From NCBI GenBank assembly GCA_016748015.1, contig JAAOMT010000129.1, positions 186,001-250,000 on the forward strand: a DNA stretch of 64,000 nt, in the 5' to 3' direction. The notes under the pieces are model-generated. The model made no database searches and was not told the origin of the DNA. It saw nothing but the letters and a program-made list of their open reading frames with translations. Both the position numbers and the translations under genes were made by a program. The DNA is from Geosiphon pyriformis uo1. Taxonomy: Eukaryota; Fungi; Glomeromycota. The stretch's first letter is position 1. Each line of letters opens with the position of its first letter. Of this stretch, positions 62,480 to 64,000 are shown one piece after another.

Positions 62480-64000
62480 TAAAAACTTCTTTCTTTCTTA
62501 CCTCCAAAAATCTTCAAAAAGCATATTTTCTGATAAAAAAGTTTTCTAATTTTTTCTTGCTAGTTTTTTCAACATTTCTTTAAGTAATAACCTTTTTATC
62601 GTGGATTTAAAAGCTGCTTCAGGTGGTGACATGTCAAAAAAAAAGACACCCAAAGGAGCTTTTTATGGTCCTGCTGGTGGTTCTTTTGCTCAAAAGAAAA
62701 AAGTAGTTCTTGGAAATGTTAAACACTCTGGTGATAAGAAGGATATTTCCTTAAGTAATTCTGGACTTGGTAATAGTATGTATTCTAATGTGGATAGTCT
62801 GTCTGGTAATGATAAGGATGTGGACATGACTGGTATACATGATGGGTGTTTTTTGGGTTTGGCTGTAATCACTTCCAAGGCAAAACATATTGATATTGGT
62901 GCAATATTTGGCTTTTCACTTGGCTCTTCTGATTTTACTATGAATGATGATAAAATTGTGCTTCTCTTTTGCTTGTCTATCTCTCTGAAAAAAAAGTGGA
63001 TTGATTCAAAGATCATCAAAACTCCAGTGGAAGTGTCAGTCAAAAAATCATTTGCTTTGGATATTGATATTTCTGCAGTAGAAAACAAATCAGTCACAGC
63101 AAAAACTCAGCTTGTTAGAAAATTTTTTTCAACTATCAATAGTTTTGGGGGGGCCACTACTCCCTCAAAATTTGAGAGAATCATCAGATCTATCTTCATT
63201 TTAGAAGAAAGCATGAATATGACCACTTTATTGGCCAGAAAAAAAGATATCTCTGTAAACACTGATTTCAAAAAACAAAATATCCATTCAAATTGGGCTG
63301 TGGTCATAAAGAAAATTCCCATGGATATGCCTAAAAAAATGATCGTCGCTGCAGTATCTGAATTTGGTAATATTAAGTCGATCAAAGTTTAATTAATTGG
63401 CATGTGGCAAAAAGCCATAATAGAATTTGCTAGTTCAGATTAGGCTGAGCAACTGGCATCTAGATGGTCCTTTCTTATTAAGAAAGACTCTGTATGTGTG
63501 ACTATGGCTGTGGAAAATTGCAAGACATAGGCTTCTAAGGATTGGTTTAGAGTGCTTTTGTTTATTCTACCAGTGAGAATAATGGCACATGATCTTGGTA
63601 TTCTCTTGGATAGGGCTGGTGGAAAAACATGTGTAATCAATCATTCTGTTGATACTAGCAATAAAATCCATTGTGCTATAATTGGCTTTAAATCTGAGGA
63701 GGATCTGGAGTCTGCTTATTGCATAGAGCCAATATTTAGTAGTGTTAAACTTTCTTAAGCAAGAATGGATCTGGTTTGGTGTGAATGTTGTGAGAAATTT
63801 GGTCATTCTGTTTTGAAATGTGATGCCACAATTACATCCTCTTTCAAGCCAGTCAAACCATTTAAAAAAAATGCTTTAGAGGTTATTTGCCTTCATCTAG
63901 CTAAATTGTATGCCAAGAAAAACGTTACCATTTTTTGTTTGGCTGCTTTTGGTGGCAGATCTTGGGCTCAAATGGCTCTGGCTGCATCCACTTCTCATGA
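62480..64000 (+). mobile_element. 5' part (ORF1, decayed) of a related LINE; runs off the window
   Basis: KKSFALDIDI..RKFFSTINSFGGATTPSKF..IGMWQKAIIEF..CECCEKFGHSVLKC, with in-frame stops; head-to-head with the LINE at 54988-61700. Confidence 0.88.

Noticed and set aside
49956-63806. Opposite-strand ORFs overlapping the retroelements
   Set aside because: Antisense shadows of decayed ORF1/ORF2 sequence.

Overview
Very AT-rich, intron-containing fungal DNA. The MATA_HMG gene, short GT-AG introns and style of the LINE/LTR relics point to an early-diverging fungus, most likely Glomeromycotina (inference only). Spliced genes were reconstructed by hand: two paralogous 4-TM membrane proteins with identical 5-exon structure, a three-repeat SMP/LEA-like protein with a PAM2-like motif, a PIN4/Cip2-type RRM-R3H protein divergent from THOC3/TEX1, and a pseudogene flanked by direct repeats. 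Single-exon genes encode a 12-aa-repeat C2H2 zinc-finger protein, a MATA_HMG protein and three secreted low-complexity proteins. Mobile DNA comprises a 355-bp hAT-type MITE, a 673-bp deleted PIF/Harbinger-group element, a decayed full-length LINE, the 5' part of a second LINE, an ORF1-only LINE derivative sharing the LINE 3' UTR, and a solo LTR nested in that derivative. Repeats show strong C>T/G>A decay that appears biased to TpC and CpG contexts, ending in multi-kb blocks of about 90% AT. The most interesting candidates are this RIP-like hypermutation signature, the SMP-repeat/PAM2 protein and the ORF1-only retroelement.
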